64,000 bases of DNA from Chrysomallon squamiferum (lineage: Eukaryota > Animalia > Mollusca), in the NCBI GenBank assembly GCA_012295275.1, contig CM022677.1, forward strand, positions 11,098,001-11,162,000, written 5' to 3'. Made by a program: the position numbers and the translations under genes. Shown in pieces: positions 14,765 through 28,875 of the stretch. The first letter of the stretch is position 1; every line of letters begins with the position of its first letter. A model generated the notes under the pieces. The model was not told the DNA's origin. It saw only the letters and a list, made by a program, of their open reading frames with translations, and searched no databases.

Positions 14765-15575
14765 TCCAAACTCTATAAAGAAAGAAAAAACATTTCAAGA
14801 AAGTAATACTGTACCATTACCTGAATATACAAAGAAATCAACTCTTCGTGATTTTTAGAATCCAGATTTATCTGCAAAATTCACAAATACTGCAAAAATC
14901 CACCAAAAATCCCGCACGCCCACACCCCCCCCAAAAAAATGTATGAGAGTAATCTCCCTTCGGCTACATTTTCTTTCTTTCTTCTGTTTATGGGGTCCTC
15001 AGTGTACTTCAATGCACACCACAGGAAAACGCTGAAAACGAAACAACGTATAAAGTTGTATGAAGAGTGATAAATGTAAATGTTTAGATATGTTCCAGGA
15101 GCACCAGATATCAATTTATATACTGTAAACAATATACTGTGTATATTAATAGATAACTGAACTATAAACAATAAATAATTAAAATACAAGCAATACAAAT
15201 AAATACAGTGGACCTTCAAAACCGGATTCATTGAGACCAGCGTGGTATGCCGTTTTAGACAGTGCCGATTTACATGGCCTCCAAGTTTAACATTAATTAC
15301 AAAAGCTGCTTTCGATAACAGCAGCAAAAGATTTTGTTTTCTTCTCATTTTAAGATAATCATTTTCTCTCTGATCTCCAACAGTACAGTGTAGCAGTCAC
15401 TACGTTTAAACAGCATAGCTAAATTTTTCTTCTTACACGTTACACCCCGAATCATCCGGATTAGATTAGTTTTAGCTTACCGATAGCTGGAAGAGACTTT
15501 GAAATGGTGCAGGTTATTCAGAAATCCGTATCTGTCGAAGACTGGTTTTCGCAGAGTCAACTGAAAACAGTTAAC

Positions 15576-15608
<33 letters not shown>

Positions 15609-17220
15609 TCATGTATTCATGACGTGACCAATACAGTTAATATTCGTACAACAAACCGGCCGTCTGAAATGTTCTATGACAATTTATGCAGTTTACAGCG
15701 AGTTACTGACATTTATGATATTCTAATTCTAAACATGAAATAGTAATATACTGAATCGCATGTTACACCAATGAGGGGAATTTTATACAATATTTTCATT
15801 ATATATTTTAATTAAGTAAAACTGTATAAAATATTTTTAAGATAGTCTATTTCATACGAAGCTTTTATTTTTTGTTTCTCTGAATTAATGTGTAATAAGC
15901 CGTTTTGTGTGTGCGTGTGTGTGAGATATGGCCAGTTTTAATATAAACACTTGTAGACACTGGTAAATTTAATACTTAGATCAAGGCGTTTCCCTCTTTG
16001 TTGAAATAATGATGAGGTGTTTCATTAAAACTAAAAGCTTGAATTACTTGAGTGTAAACAGTATACGGACCTAAGTGAAAACCTACTTTTTTATTTTTAT
16101 TATAAATATTCACATCCACTATATTTGATTATTATTATTATTACTTTTTAAATAAATATAAAAATAAATACATAAACACCCATTAAAAATATATCTCCTT
16201 TTCCAGTTACGACGATCTTTAATTTTCATATCCAAGAACAAAGAACAGAGCTATTATAACAACGGTTATAACGCAGCAAGCAACTATGTTTATATTTGTT
16301 TGTCCGTATTCGTATATTTTTCATTTGTTCTTGTTATATTTTTATTGTTGCTGTTGTTGTATCTTGTATCTAAAGACAAAGTGTTGTATTTGCCCTCATT
16401 CTAAGACGTTCAAAACACGCAAGCGACAAGACGACGTAATCATTATTTTTTAAAGGAGAGTAATCATTTACACAAACAGGCATTTTGCAAAATACTGCGA
16501 AATTAAGCAAGAAACAAAGAAGGTAAGAAAAAAATAAATCAGTAACATGCAATAAGAAGTATTTTTAACATAAATACTTATTGAAAATATTTACAAACAA
16601 AAAGTTAATCAAAGACCTGTGATTGCTTCAATTCTTTTCTGTATTCTTATGTCTGCTTCTATTAAACCTCTTCCTAAAAATTTATTTTTGCTAATTCTTT
16701 TCTCAGATTTCACATTTTGTTTCCATAGTTATTGATTTCAGATGTTTGTAAAAGTGGCATAGAAACTGTTTTAATATCTTCAAATTCAGCATCACTGATA
16801 AAATCATGTTAGAGAACAATTTTCGGTGAGAAATGCAGAATCTCTTCTTTAGCAGGCTTAAGAAATAGAAGCGGATTTTTGTTGTTGTAATGGTAGCGAC
16901 ATTTCAAACGATGTCGCTGTCGTACTTTAATAACGTCTTCACCACGACAGAGAGCATCGAAAGTTGTTTTTTCTTTAACTCTAGCATTTTTTCTCTTTTC
17001 TTTCCTACGATTTGATACACTTGAACACTTTTTCCTTCTGTTCGGAGTACGTTTTTATCCACGAGCTAACATTGACTGTTCATTTGTCAAATCTAAAACG
17101 TGTTCTATCTCTCCCGCTAATTCTCTTAACGTGTGTTTCATATGAAATTCTAACCGAGATACGTTCTGAATTTTTTCTGTTCATACTTTCTCAAGACTTA
17201 ACTCCATCCAGATATGTACA
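14765..17220. repeat. segmental duplication, copy A (copy B about 59272-61104, same orientation)
   Basis: Shared blocks: AAAAACATTTCAAGAAAGTAATA (about 14786 / 59271), ATGAGAGTAATCTCCCTTC (14943 / 59424), CCTCCAAGTTTAACATTAATT (15278 / 60581), and the P4H segment 16735-17220 / 60625-61104. Confidence 0.9.
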
Positions 17221-17636
17221 GATTTGTATTTTTTAAAGGAGACCTAATTGATAACAGTCTTCTGCTGATAATCTCTGTATATATTGTTAATGTATAAAAC
17301 CGTCTGCTTAACTTCTCGCATTTAATTTGTATGTGTCTTGAATTTGAAACAGAACTGCAGCTACCCCTTCTAAATCTTCGTAACTTGGAAGACTTTTACG
17401 AATTTCTTGTAGTTCGGTTAATTCTGTCTGGGACGTAATACTTTCGTGAAGATTGGGCTGAACATCTCGTTCCCAGTCCAAAGTGAAACGTTTAATATAT
17501 AAAAATGCACCAATCGGGTTGGCTGTGTAACGATTTGGGTCTTTTAATGCGATCGAACAGTGCTGTTCGATTTGATCTGAAATTGTTTTTATCTTTTCCA
17601 ATTTAATTCCTTCTTCATAAACATGACTGAAATTTC
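16610..17636 (-). pseudogene. P4HA: prolyl 4-hydroxylase alpha subunit-like pseudogene, intronless and truncated at both ends
   Basis: Colinear motifs: EEGIKLEKIK, YTANPIGAFLYIKRFTLDW and LPSYEDLEGVAAVLFQIQDTYKL (P4Ha_N); LSAEDCYQLG..VHIWMELSL (TPR region); FDALCRGE, LKCRYHYNNKNPLLFLKPAKEEILHFSPKIVL*HDFISDAE, KRISKNKFL, KRIEAITGL*. Several stops and frameshifts. The HxD..H catalytic part and the signal peptide are absent. Confidence 0.9.
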
Positions 17637-17847
17637 ATGACTAAAAAATACAGTTATTATGATTTAATTATAAACATATGTCAGTTTATATTTATATATG
17701 TTATTAAACTGGTGGGGGTAGGGATAAAACGACACGTTTCATTATTTTATCTTTCATTTCTATTTCATTCTATTTGTTTATTTTATTTATTTTATTATTT
17801 TTACTTTTTCTTATTTGTTGTACATTTGTTTTTGTCTTAGAGTTTAT

Positions 17848-17886
<39 letters not shown>

Positions 17887-18499
17887 AGAGAGAAAACACT
17901 TTTGGTGTGTTATGTTTCTGTTATCCTTTGATTATATGTATCTACCTATTTTTCTATTTGTTTGTCTGTCTGTCTCTTTATATGATGGAAAGTATATTAA
18001 TAATTTGATTATGTCAGCATAAAGTAACATACAGAAAGAAAAAACAAAAAACAAAAACAAATTGTTAACAAAAAACTAAACAAAAAACAACAGATTAAAA
18101 TGTGCATTACAACTGTCATTTAGAAATGGCGCACCTCTCAAGTTACCAGGATTCAGAAGGATTGTTTGCAGTTCTGTTTCTTCTTCAAAGTACATACAAG
18201 TTAGATGTCAGTTTTAACTGACACTACTTATTAATCGTGAAGGCAAATTCGCTTTGTCAGAACATTTTATGTCATTTCTATTTTTTATTTTATTTTATTA
18301 CATATTTTTTTTTTTTTTTTTTTTTTTGTATGAATATGTTTGCATAAATGCCACTTTTAATAGATGCAAAATGTTTTTATACAACATCATTACACTTTAT
18401 TTCATTTCTATTTTTATTTTTATTTTTCATTCTTTCTCTCTATAGAGGACTATATTCTGTGAAATATGAAGAATCTCCTCTTAAGTGAATACATACATA

Positions 18500-19955
18500 C
18501 AGTAACGTGATATTAGCCGACAGTAAGTAAATAAATACTGTTCAGTAACGTGATATTAGCAAATAAATACTGTACAGTACTAAGTAAACAAATACTGTAA
18601 AGCAACGTGATATTAGCAGACACTAAGTAAACAAATACTGTACAGTAACGTGATATTAGCAGTATTAAGTAAATAAATACTGTACAGTAACGTGATATTA
18701 GCAGCATTAAGTAAATGAATACTGTTCAGTAACGTAATATTAGCAGCATTAAGTGTAAACACTGTACAGTAATGAGATATTAGCAGACGTTAAGTGTAAA
18801 CACTGTACAGTAATGTGATATTAGCAGCATTAAGTGTAAACACTGTACAGTAATGTGATATTAGCAGCATTAAGTGTAAACACTGTACAGTAACGTGATA
18901 TTAGCAGCATTAAGTGTAAACACTGTACAGTAACGTGATATTAGCAGCATTAAGTGTAAACACTGTACAGTAATGTGATATTAGCAGTATTAAGTGTAAA
19001 CACTGTTCAGTAACGTAATATTAGCAGCATTAAGTGTAAACACTGTACAGTAATGAGATATTAGCAGTATTAAGTGTAAACACTGTACAGTAATGTGATA
19101 TTAGCAGCATTAAGTGTAAACACTGTACAGTAATGTGATATTAGCAGCATTAAGTGTAAACACTGTACAGTAATGAGATATTAGCAGCATTAAGTGTAAA
19201 CACTGTACAGTAATGTGATATTAGCAGCATTAAGTGTAAACACTGTACAGTAATGTGATATTAGCAGCATTAAGTGTAAACACTGTACAGTAATGTGATA
19301 TTAGCAGCATTAAGTGTAAACACTGTACAGTAATGTGATATTAGCAGCATTAAGTGTAAACACTGTACAGTAATGAGATATTAGCAGCATTAAGTGTAAA
19401 CACTGTACAGTAATGTGATATTAGCAGCATTAAGTGTAAACACTGTACAGTAATGTGATATTAGCAGCATTAAGTGTAAACACTGTACAGTAATGTGATA
19501 TTAGCAGCATTAAGTGTAAACACTGTACAGTAATGAGATATTAGCAGACGTTAAGTTTAAACACTGTACAGTAATGTGATATTAGCAGCATTAAGTGTAA
19601 ACACTGTACAGTAATGAGATATTAGCAGACGTTAAGTATAAACACTGTACAGTAATGTGATATTAGCAGCATTAAGTGTAAACACTGTACAGTAATGTGA
19701 TATTAGCAGCATTAAGTGTAAACACTGTACAGTAATGAGATATTAGCAGACGTTAAGTATAAACACTGTACAGTAATGTGATATTAGCAGCATTAAGTGT
19801 AAACACTGTACAGTAATGTGATATTAGCAGTATTAAGTAAATGAATACTGTTCAGTAACGTGATATTAGCAGCATTAAGTAAATAAATACTGTACAGTAA
19901 CGTGATATTAGTAGCATTAAGTAAAAAAAATACTGTACAGTGATGTGTGATATTA
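18500..19955. repeat. 40-bp minisatellite, about 36 copies
   Basis: Unit TAATGTGATATTAGCAGCATTAAGTGTAAACACTGTACAG. Homogeneous centre, diverged edges, no spacers. Confidence 0.98.
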
Positions 19956-21091
19956 ACCAACGACGGCGACATTAGTAGAAATCATAATAATATGTTTGAA
20001 GAGGTGATTCGCCCGCTCAGAAAGTTATTATCCTGGACCGACGGCATTGACGCCTCATTAATAGAAATAGAAATGATATTTTTTAATAAAGGACGGGCAC
20101 GGTCACAAAATAAGAATAATAGCGAATAAAAAGAAGAATAATGAATGCTAAGAACAATCCTGGAACGATGACGGCCTCATTAATAGAAATATTAATTATA
20201 TTTTTTTGACGTAGGATATGGACACTAATTGCAATATTTAATAAAAGGCAAAATAATTATATTTTTTTCGGACAATGTTTTCAGACGTAGATCAAACATT
20301 GGTAAATTCCTGCACAATAATAAGCAACTTATTGTAGTGTGCGTTGTAAGCTTTGTGATTTTATTTGATGCATTAATATAAATAAGAAAAAGAAAGAAAC
20401 AGTAGGGTAAAAAAAAAACAAAAAAAAAACGTTTATTTGAAGTTTACGGTCAACGATTGGCTAATAATAAGATAAAAAAATATATAAATAAATAAATAAA
20501 ATAAATATATTTTAATAAAGATTGTTATGTTCCTTTATTTTATTTTATTTGTTTTGAACATTATTTAATTTTTGTTTTTATTTATTTATTTATTTATTAA
20601 CTTTGTGATTGTATATGCGGGAAAAATGCGGGATGATTGTCGGTCTTTACGGATTTACTTTTTTGTTTAGTGTTCGAAGAATTTTCTACAGAATTGGTGT
20701 AATTGCATTAAAAAAGTTGCTTAAAGTATTTCATTTTGTGACGGAGACAGGTATTACTATTTATTATTATAAATGTTAATGTGTTTGGATTTTTTTCGTT
20801 TTATTTAATTATAATTTAAAAGTCATGATTGGGAACAATATATATATATATTTTTAATTTATTTATTGTTAATAATAACATTCACCAGTGGTTGTACTAA
20901 TGTGAAAAGCATACACAACGTCATATAAAGAAGAAATCATGTTTAATTTTGTTTTACCAATCATCATATGATGTATCAGCCTATCGAGGGCAAATTTTGA
21001 GTGGCCAGTAATTAAATTTGTTTTAAAATAAATTTACTTGTGTAGCACACACCAAAGGAAACACCACACAAGAAGGCACAGAGAATTTAAA

Positions 21092-21136
<45 letters not shown>

Positions 21137-21660
21137 TATTTTTTGTTGTTGTTTTTTTTGTTTGTTTTTTTAAATAAACTTACAAAACTATTAAAAGAAA
21201 ATATGCTAATTTGACAGGTTGTTTTCTGTCAGTTTATTTATGATTTATTATTTTTAAAGATTTAGGTTAAATTGCTGACTTGCTCTATAATTATGAAACA
21301 TATTTAAATTATATTTTTATACAAATTAAAACAAATTTAAGAAATACATAACCAGGTTATTTCATATGTAGCTACTGTAAAATATTAATACAATTATTTG
21401 TTATAATAATATTTAACACACACAAATAATTTGTTATCCTGTTCTTTGTTTCCCTTCTTTTCTTCATGGTCAATTTTAATTTATTTATTTACACTTTGTT
21501 TTGGTTTGTTGTAATTCCTTCTTTTTCATCTTCTTATTATTACTACTACTTTTTATTATTATTATTATGTTTTAGATTTATTATTTTTAATCTTTATTAT
21601 TACTATCCATTTTATTTTTCATATCATTACTAAAAATTGTTTATTTTTGATGTTTTCCAG

Positions 21661-22113
21661 GTTATCTGCTACTCTGCAAAACAAAAAACTAGGCTGATGA
21701 CTACGATGGCTCTGCATGCCAGTGGCAAAGACAACAGCCAGAAAGTTGAGCAGCAGGTAACACTGAGCTTGCCGCTCTGAGAATGAAGCTGGATGTGAAG
21801 ATAAAGAAAAGAGAGAGAAGAAAACAAAGGCTGTAGCTGCAGCAGAACAAGATGAGACTCAGGAAGGCAACATTCATGAGAGCGATGTCAGCGATGTTGA
21901 CAGTTCGAAGGACCAAGCTAGTCCTGTACCTGATTTAGACAACACAATTCCAAGTTGCAAGTTTTTTTTATCTTATTTTTATTTCTTAGCAAATAAAATA
22001 AGTTTTATAGTAACAACGCTTTACTGATTGTAAAATAGCATAATAATAATCATTTGTTTGCTATTGTTTTGTTTATTATTTAAATTATTATCATTATTAT
22101 CATTATCATTAAA

Positions 22114-22171
<58 letters not shown>

Positions 22172-23329
22172 GTCTGTCTCTCTCTGTCTGTCTGTCTGAT
22201 AGATACCAGACACATATATAACTATAAAGATAAATAAATAAATTCCTGTTGTTTTTCAGAAACTGCTCTGTACACAAGAAGAGCTAATTTAGTGAGTCAC
22301 CACAGGGTAGAAATGTCATCAAAGAATATGGCAGAACAGGAGGATCTATAGAGGTTGTTGTTATAGTAGCAGTATTAGTCATTGCCATTGCTGTAGTAAT
22401 ATAGTTTTTACAGCATTAATTCTTGTAGCAGTATTAATAATAAACTACTTGTTGTAGTAATGTAGTAATGTTGTAAAATTTTGGTGATGTTTTAGCTGAT
22501 GTCCATAGCTGTGTAATAGTAATGTATCTTGTGAGACTCATGGTGATTAAAAAAACTGTTTGTAGTCAAATTACTGGTTGTAGTGGTGGTAGTAGCAGTA
22601 GTAACAGTACCAAATGTAGTTGCTTCTAGAGAGCAGTACAAATAGCAGTTGTTTTCAGAGATAAATGTAACAAGTTGATAAATGTAACAAGAAGAGTTGT
22701 GTAACAGTAGTCATAGCTGTTGTTGTAGTAATTATAATAATATTAGTATAAAGAAATAAAGGCTTAGGACTAATAATGAAGAGAGCAAAAATATCACTTT
22801 TATTAATAATGGATAGTAATTTTAGTAATAGGAGTATTATTTTAATAACAGTAACACTAGTTGAATAAGGAATAATAGTAAATATTAGTTACAGTAATGA
22901 TGATAATAAAAGTAGCATGTTGTGTTGCAGTAAATGTAATAGAAGCAGTATTTTATTTATTTATTTATTTATTTACTCAAACTAGGCAGTGCACCCACCA
23001 ATGTGACTCTGACTCAGAGTTGTTCAAAGTTTTGCTGATGAAAAGCTCAATTTTGGTGACCTGGACATTGAAGCCGACCACATCAGACTACAACAGTTCT
23101 TAAGTTGGAGAGTCTTACACCAGGTCACCAATATCAACAGTCAAATATCAGGTAGAAAAAACTTGAATGTGCTAAAACCAGGCAAAGAAAAACATTGAAG
23201 TGAAATCTCTTTCTGGTTTTGCAGGTGATTTTGAGAAAAAAAACCTGAAGATGACAAATTCTTCTGATACTGTTACTAGCCAGTCAGAGGAGTTCAATAA
23301 AACAGAGAACTGTTCTGACGTAAGAGATC
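21661..23329 (+). pseudogene. degraded exon-like islands of an unidentified gene
   Basis: GC-richer blocks after acceptors: 21661-about 21960 (EKKTKAVAAAEQDETQEGNIHESDVSDVDSSKDQ), about 22260-22350, and about 22986-23329 (FADEKLNFGDLDIEADHIRLQQFLSW, ending |gtaaga). Stops or frameshifts in every frame. Confidence 0.4.
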
Positions 23330-25049
23330 TCGATATCTTTTATAATAATAACTAATAATAAAATTATTTGGGCAACCGTTTCTTTCCTTCCATACGTTTT
23401 AAAAAAAAGAGCCACTAATAATTATTTTATGGGAAATATTTATTTCACACAGACTTAGTTAAAATGATAGAATTCTCTTTATTTTGTTCTCAATAATTCA
23501 CACCTATATCCAGATAAATAAAGTCAGTATTAAAACATTGTTAAAGTATAATTCATAATAATTTTTCCATGACTGAAATTTTTCTTCCCAAAGATTTTAT
23601 TGTGCAAATTAATCAAATGCTCCTAGCCTGAAATAGGTACAAAAAAATAGTCATTTAAATAATGTACGTTAAGATTAGAATGATAAACTTGATGCTTATT
23701 TTTATTTATTGTTATTTTATTTTTATTTTATTAATTTTTCTTTCTATATTTGTTTATTTAGATGAATCTGTCAAAAAAAAAGGGGAATGTACAAAATCCA
23801 TTGTAGGTGATAAAAGTTCAGTTCAGATCAAGATAACACTTCAGCATTTTAATCACTGCAGTTTTGTGTTAGAATAATACACATAAACTAGCTGATGAAC
23901 TGAATGATATTCACAGATAATGTTTATTTTTTAAGAATTTATTCAGCTGTCATTTAATGTTATAAAAATATATATATCTTTTTTCTTAAATATAACAAAA
24001 AGATCTGAAGGTATAAAGGACTTTTTTATGATTTGAATTAATTATATCATCACATTTTAAAATGTTAAATATTTGTAATTAATTGGAATTCTCTTGATCT
24101 TTGGGATTAAAAGATTATTATTGTGGATAAATTTATTGTTGTAGCCAGTTTATTAACTTATATTTTTAATCAAATCTAAAATTAGATGTATAGAATCAGT
24201 TCTAAGTGTTCCAAAAAAGTAATGCAGCTTGTAATCAAAATGACTGAATTCACATACCTAGTGGAGAGTGATATTAACAGTTTGTTATTAGAACTGAAAA
24301 GCTTTGGTATCTATTAGTAAACTAATAAATAACAGAACTTATCAATTAGTTATTTTTATAGGCTGGTGACAATGAATTCTTTTCAATTTACAGGTGGAAA
24401 CTGTCAAGTCCATGTCAGATTTTGTATTTATTTTAAACACTTGGTCAAAGACAGAGTTTTTCAGATCTCACTCTCTCCCTTACAGTACAAGGCAGGTCAG
24501 TGCTGAAGATTCAGAGGAGAATTCACAATTTTATGGATTTCAGCTTTGAGAAATATTGGTGGTATTTGTATTTGTATTATTATTATTATTACATTTTCAT
24601 GTTATGTTTGTATTGCTTAACTTTAAAATATTTTGATCTAATCAGAGCATTCTTGTTTACTATTGGAAACTCTTTCATAAAGAAATATTTTCACATATTT
24701 TTATGAATTTAAATTGACCAGAATGTAAAATGTATAATGATACTTTTTTATAGATATATATTTTTTGTTTAAATTATTTGTGATTTATTATTAAAATCTA
24801 TTACAATAAGAGAGACATGATGTTTATTTATAATAATTTCTTTCTAACATTACAGACAATTAAACACAATGACAGTGCAAAAGCTGTGTGTGTTTCTACA
24901 TTACAAATTATAGAAGAAATGAAAATATGTGGAGCAATGATATTTACAGATAGACAACAAGCAGGTTCCAGCTTAATGTTATTTTCATAGACAATATTAG
25001 CAAGTTTAGAGCAACTATAAGTGATTTAAAGGAAAGGAGAGACGACTGA

Positions 25050-26860
25050 CAGAGATATAAGACTGACTGTCTGATGGGAGGTTAACAGGTAAACAGATAC
25101 ACAGGAAGAAAGAGAGAGATGTATATAGACTGATAGACAGTTAGATCAGTAGAAGTTAACAAATGAATTGATAGATGTAGATGAATTTAGGCAGATAGTT
25201 AAACATGCTGAGAGTGTAGACATACAGTACAATACATAGGTAGTAATGTAGCTATCTAGACATAGTTAGTTATGTATGTAGGTAGTTTGACAGGGAATTA
25301 GATATATGATTGATGGATGGTTATTGATCTGACATGATGTGGATAGATAAACAAATTGGTATGTAGGTCAGTAGTTCAGTAGGTTGATATGTAGATAGTT
25401 AACTAATAGATATCAGACACAGAGAGGGGCAGGTAGGTAGGTAGTCAGTAGTTCAGTAGTTGATATGCAGATATATGTAGACAGTTATCTAACAGACAGC
25501 AGACACACAGAGGGACAGATAGGTAGGTAGGTCAGTAGTTCAGTAGGTTGATATGCAGATATATGTAGATAGTTATCTAATAGACAGCAGACACACAGAG
25601 GGACAGATAGGTAGGTAGGTCAGTAGTTCAGTAGTTGATATGTAGATATATGTAGTTATATGTAGCAGACAGACAGATAGGTGTAGGCAGGTATGATGGT
25701 AATGTGGAAGACTGAATGTATATATATATATATATGTATAGCTACAGGTGTAGGTATGTAAGCTGGAGCAGAGAATAGTATATAGAAGGAAAAGTCGCTT
25801 GTCTTTTTTGAAGAGTGAATATATTGAATAAATATGTGTGCAAACATACAGAACTATAGGGAGGTTTGAAGGTATGTAGACAATAAGATGTTTAAATGAC
25901 TGATAGATGTTATTGATATATAAACTGTTAGGTAGGTGATTATGTAGATAGAATGAGAAATTATGTTATTAGATACACATGTAGAGATATATATAGATAG
26001 GTGACATAGAAAGTGCATGTGTGTGTGTGTGTGTGTGTGTGCCAGTGATTGAGAAGGATCGCTAAATAAGGGAATTGTGAATGAGAGTTATTAATGGACA
26101 GTAACACAGAAAGATAGATATAAAAGGTAGTTATAATAATTTAGGGAGATAGTCAGGAAGATGAATAGCTGATTCAAGGGATTGTTATTGATGGATAGAG
26201 AAATATAATTAGGGAGGCATTTCCTTAGAGTTCAATGGATGGATAAATAGATAGGTGTAAGCATATATGATGGTAAAGTGGATATGATCATGTATATCTA
26301 CATAGATAAATACACACAGAGGCAGACAGAAAACAGAAAGGATTGGATCTGTGTTTGAGTTAGTGATGAACTGATAACTTAAAGGTAGATATCCAGAGAT
26401 AAATACAGATAGATTATATATATATATATAGATATATAGAAATAAATACAGGTAGATTATGTAGATAGATATACAGAGATAAATACAATCTATAGATAGA
26501 TATACAGAGATAAATACAGATAGATTATACAGACAGATATACAGAGGTAAATACAGATAGATTATATAGATAGATAAAAGATATAAATACAGAAAGATGT
26601 AACTATTTATTTCTGTATAAATACACACACAGAAATAAATACAGATAGATTACATTGATAGACATTCAGCAAGATAGCGAGGTTTGAAGTAGTATATAGT
26701 TAGATATTCAGGGAGCTGGACATATTATTGATAGATGGTTATTGAAAAATAGACGTATAAGCTAGAGAGATAAACTGATATGTAGGTATGTTACTAGTTT
26801 GGTAGATTGATTTGTAGACAGACTGACAGACATATAGATAGACGTGTGTTAAGAAATGGT
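25050..26860. repeat. degenerate GATA/TAGA/CAGA simple-repeat field, including an ~85-bp unit in 3-4 copies
   Basis: GTAGGTCAGTAGTTCAGTAGGTTGATATG..AGACACACAGAGGGACAG repeated at about 25362-25660. ATAAATACAGATAGATTAT repeats at about 26400-26650. Confidence 0.8.
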
Positions 26861-27274
26861 ATCTCCAGAGGGAGATATTTATATGTCATAACTTATTCTT
26901 AAGTACATACACTTCTGTCTATGCTCTGTTGGCCTGTCTGTCTATTCGTATATAGGAAAAGCTTTCAAAATAATGACACTGTATTCAAAATTAGAAAAAG
27001 TAGCAATACCCTATGTATCCATCTGTTCATTTATCTTCAGTAACTATATCTGTATGTAGGTATTTCTATTTATCTATCATAATCTATCTATCTGTCTATC
27101 TATCTAACCAAACGAATGTTATTATATTAATCTACTAATTAGCCATTCCCTTTGGAAATGTTGCCACCCCTACACCACGGTGAGGTTCAGTACATGTAGG
27201 GGATGTTAGTAATGGTTAGTATTTGGTTAAAGGTTAGTATTTGGTTAATGATTAGTATTTTCTTAATGGTTAGT

Positions 27275-27902
27275 CTCTTTCTCTCTGTCTCTCTCTTTCT
27301 CTTACTCTCTATCTCTTTCTCTTTTCTCTCTTTCTCTGTCTATCTCTGTCTCTCTGTGTGACTCTCTCGGTCTCTGTGTCTATCTCTCTCTCTGTCTCTC
27401 TTTCCCTCTATCGCTGTCTCTCTCTTTTCTCTCTTTCTCTCTCTGTCTATCTCTGTCTCTCTCTTCCACTCTCTGACTCTGTCTCTCTCAGTCTTTCTTT
27501 CTCGGTCTCTCTCTATATCGCTCTGTCTCTCTCAGAATCTCTCTTTCTCTCTCTGTCTCTATCTGTTCTGAATCTCTTTTTCTTTCTGCTATATCTCTTT
27601 ATCTCTCTATCTCTCTCTGTCTCCCTATGTCCCTGTCTCTTTTTCTCTCTGTCTCTTTCTCCCTCTGTCTCAGTCCCTATCTGTCTCTTTATCTAACTGC
27701 CTTTCACTGTCTTTATCTCTTTGTCTCTGTCTATGTGTCTCTGACTCACTTTTTCTCTCTGTCTTTCTGACACTATCTGTGTCTCTGTCTCTCTTTCTCT
27801 CTCTGTCTATCTGTCTGTCTCTGTCTGTATCTCTCTCCATGTGTTTTTCTCTGTCTCTGTCTTTTTCTCTCTAACTCTCTCTGTAACTCGCTTTCTTCTC
27901 TC
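27275..27902. repeat. degenerate (CT)n low-complexity tract
   Basis: About 630 bp of CT/CTGT repeats, the source of the S/L-rich false ORF. Confidence 0.9.
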
Positions 27903-28875
27903 CACACAAACTTATCAATTCTGCCTAAAGCAAAATTAACCAACAGCAAAATCAACAGCTATAACACCAATATTAGCAATAATAACAATAATAAAAATAG
28001 TAATAATTATGTACCACAGTAAAATAAATAACAGTGTTAGCAATAATATCAACAACAAAAATAAAAACAAACAAAAATGAAAGAAAGATCACACACACAC
28101 ACAAACACACTTAATTACACTTATAAACACCTGAATTGATGTTACATTCCGCGCTCAAGAAATCATTTTGTCTGTGGAATTTAAATGTGTCAGTATGAAA
28201 TGGCAGAAAAACAGTATTTACATGTAATTGAAATTTTTAGGCTACATTTTTACAGTGAAATGAAATTTTCATGAAAACGTACAATCTTAGTCATAGTGAA
28301 ACCCAAATCTCTCTTTCTCTAATTATAATAAATAATATATACAAATTTTCACGTATCAAAATGGAATGTCGTAATAAATTTAAATTCTTATTTTTATTCT
28401 GAATAGTATGAATGAATAAATATTAAGTTTTTTAATAAAGAAACATTTTAAATATATGAAATAACCTAAGAATGCACAGACATACTACTACTGCTACTAA
28501 TAATACTAATAATTAGTCAATTTCATAGACAAAGTAGTCTAAGGGAAATAACTGTTGAATATAACGATGATAATGGTTAACAACATTAACAACAACAAAA
28601 GAAATATTGAAAAAGGATATAAAAAAAATAATAATGATGTATTTTGTAATTTAGTTAAGTGCTAAAGAAATGATATGAAATTAAATTTTAAGAATAATTG
28701 TTTGATAATTTTGATAATATTAAACGAAAAATAACAAATAGTGGCATAATGAATCAATAATAAATTTTTTATTACATTAAATATTTTCACAAACTTTGAT
28801 GAATCTTCTATTCACATATTTCCACAAATTGATTTCATATCAAGTAATTCTGATGAACCCTTTTTTAATGTAAGA

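Noticed and set aside
14881-15348. 155-aa minus-strand ORF as the P4H catalytic C-terminus
   Set aside because: No HxD..H or NYGIGGHY-type motifs. The paralogous copy is interrupted. Its identity remains unknown.
18500-19955. CRISPR-like regular repeat
   Set aside because: Units are contiguous with no unique spacers, there are no cas genes, and the context is eukaryotic. The same applies to the 70-bp and 21-bp arrays.
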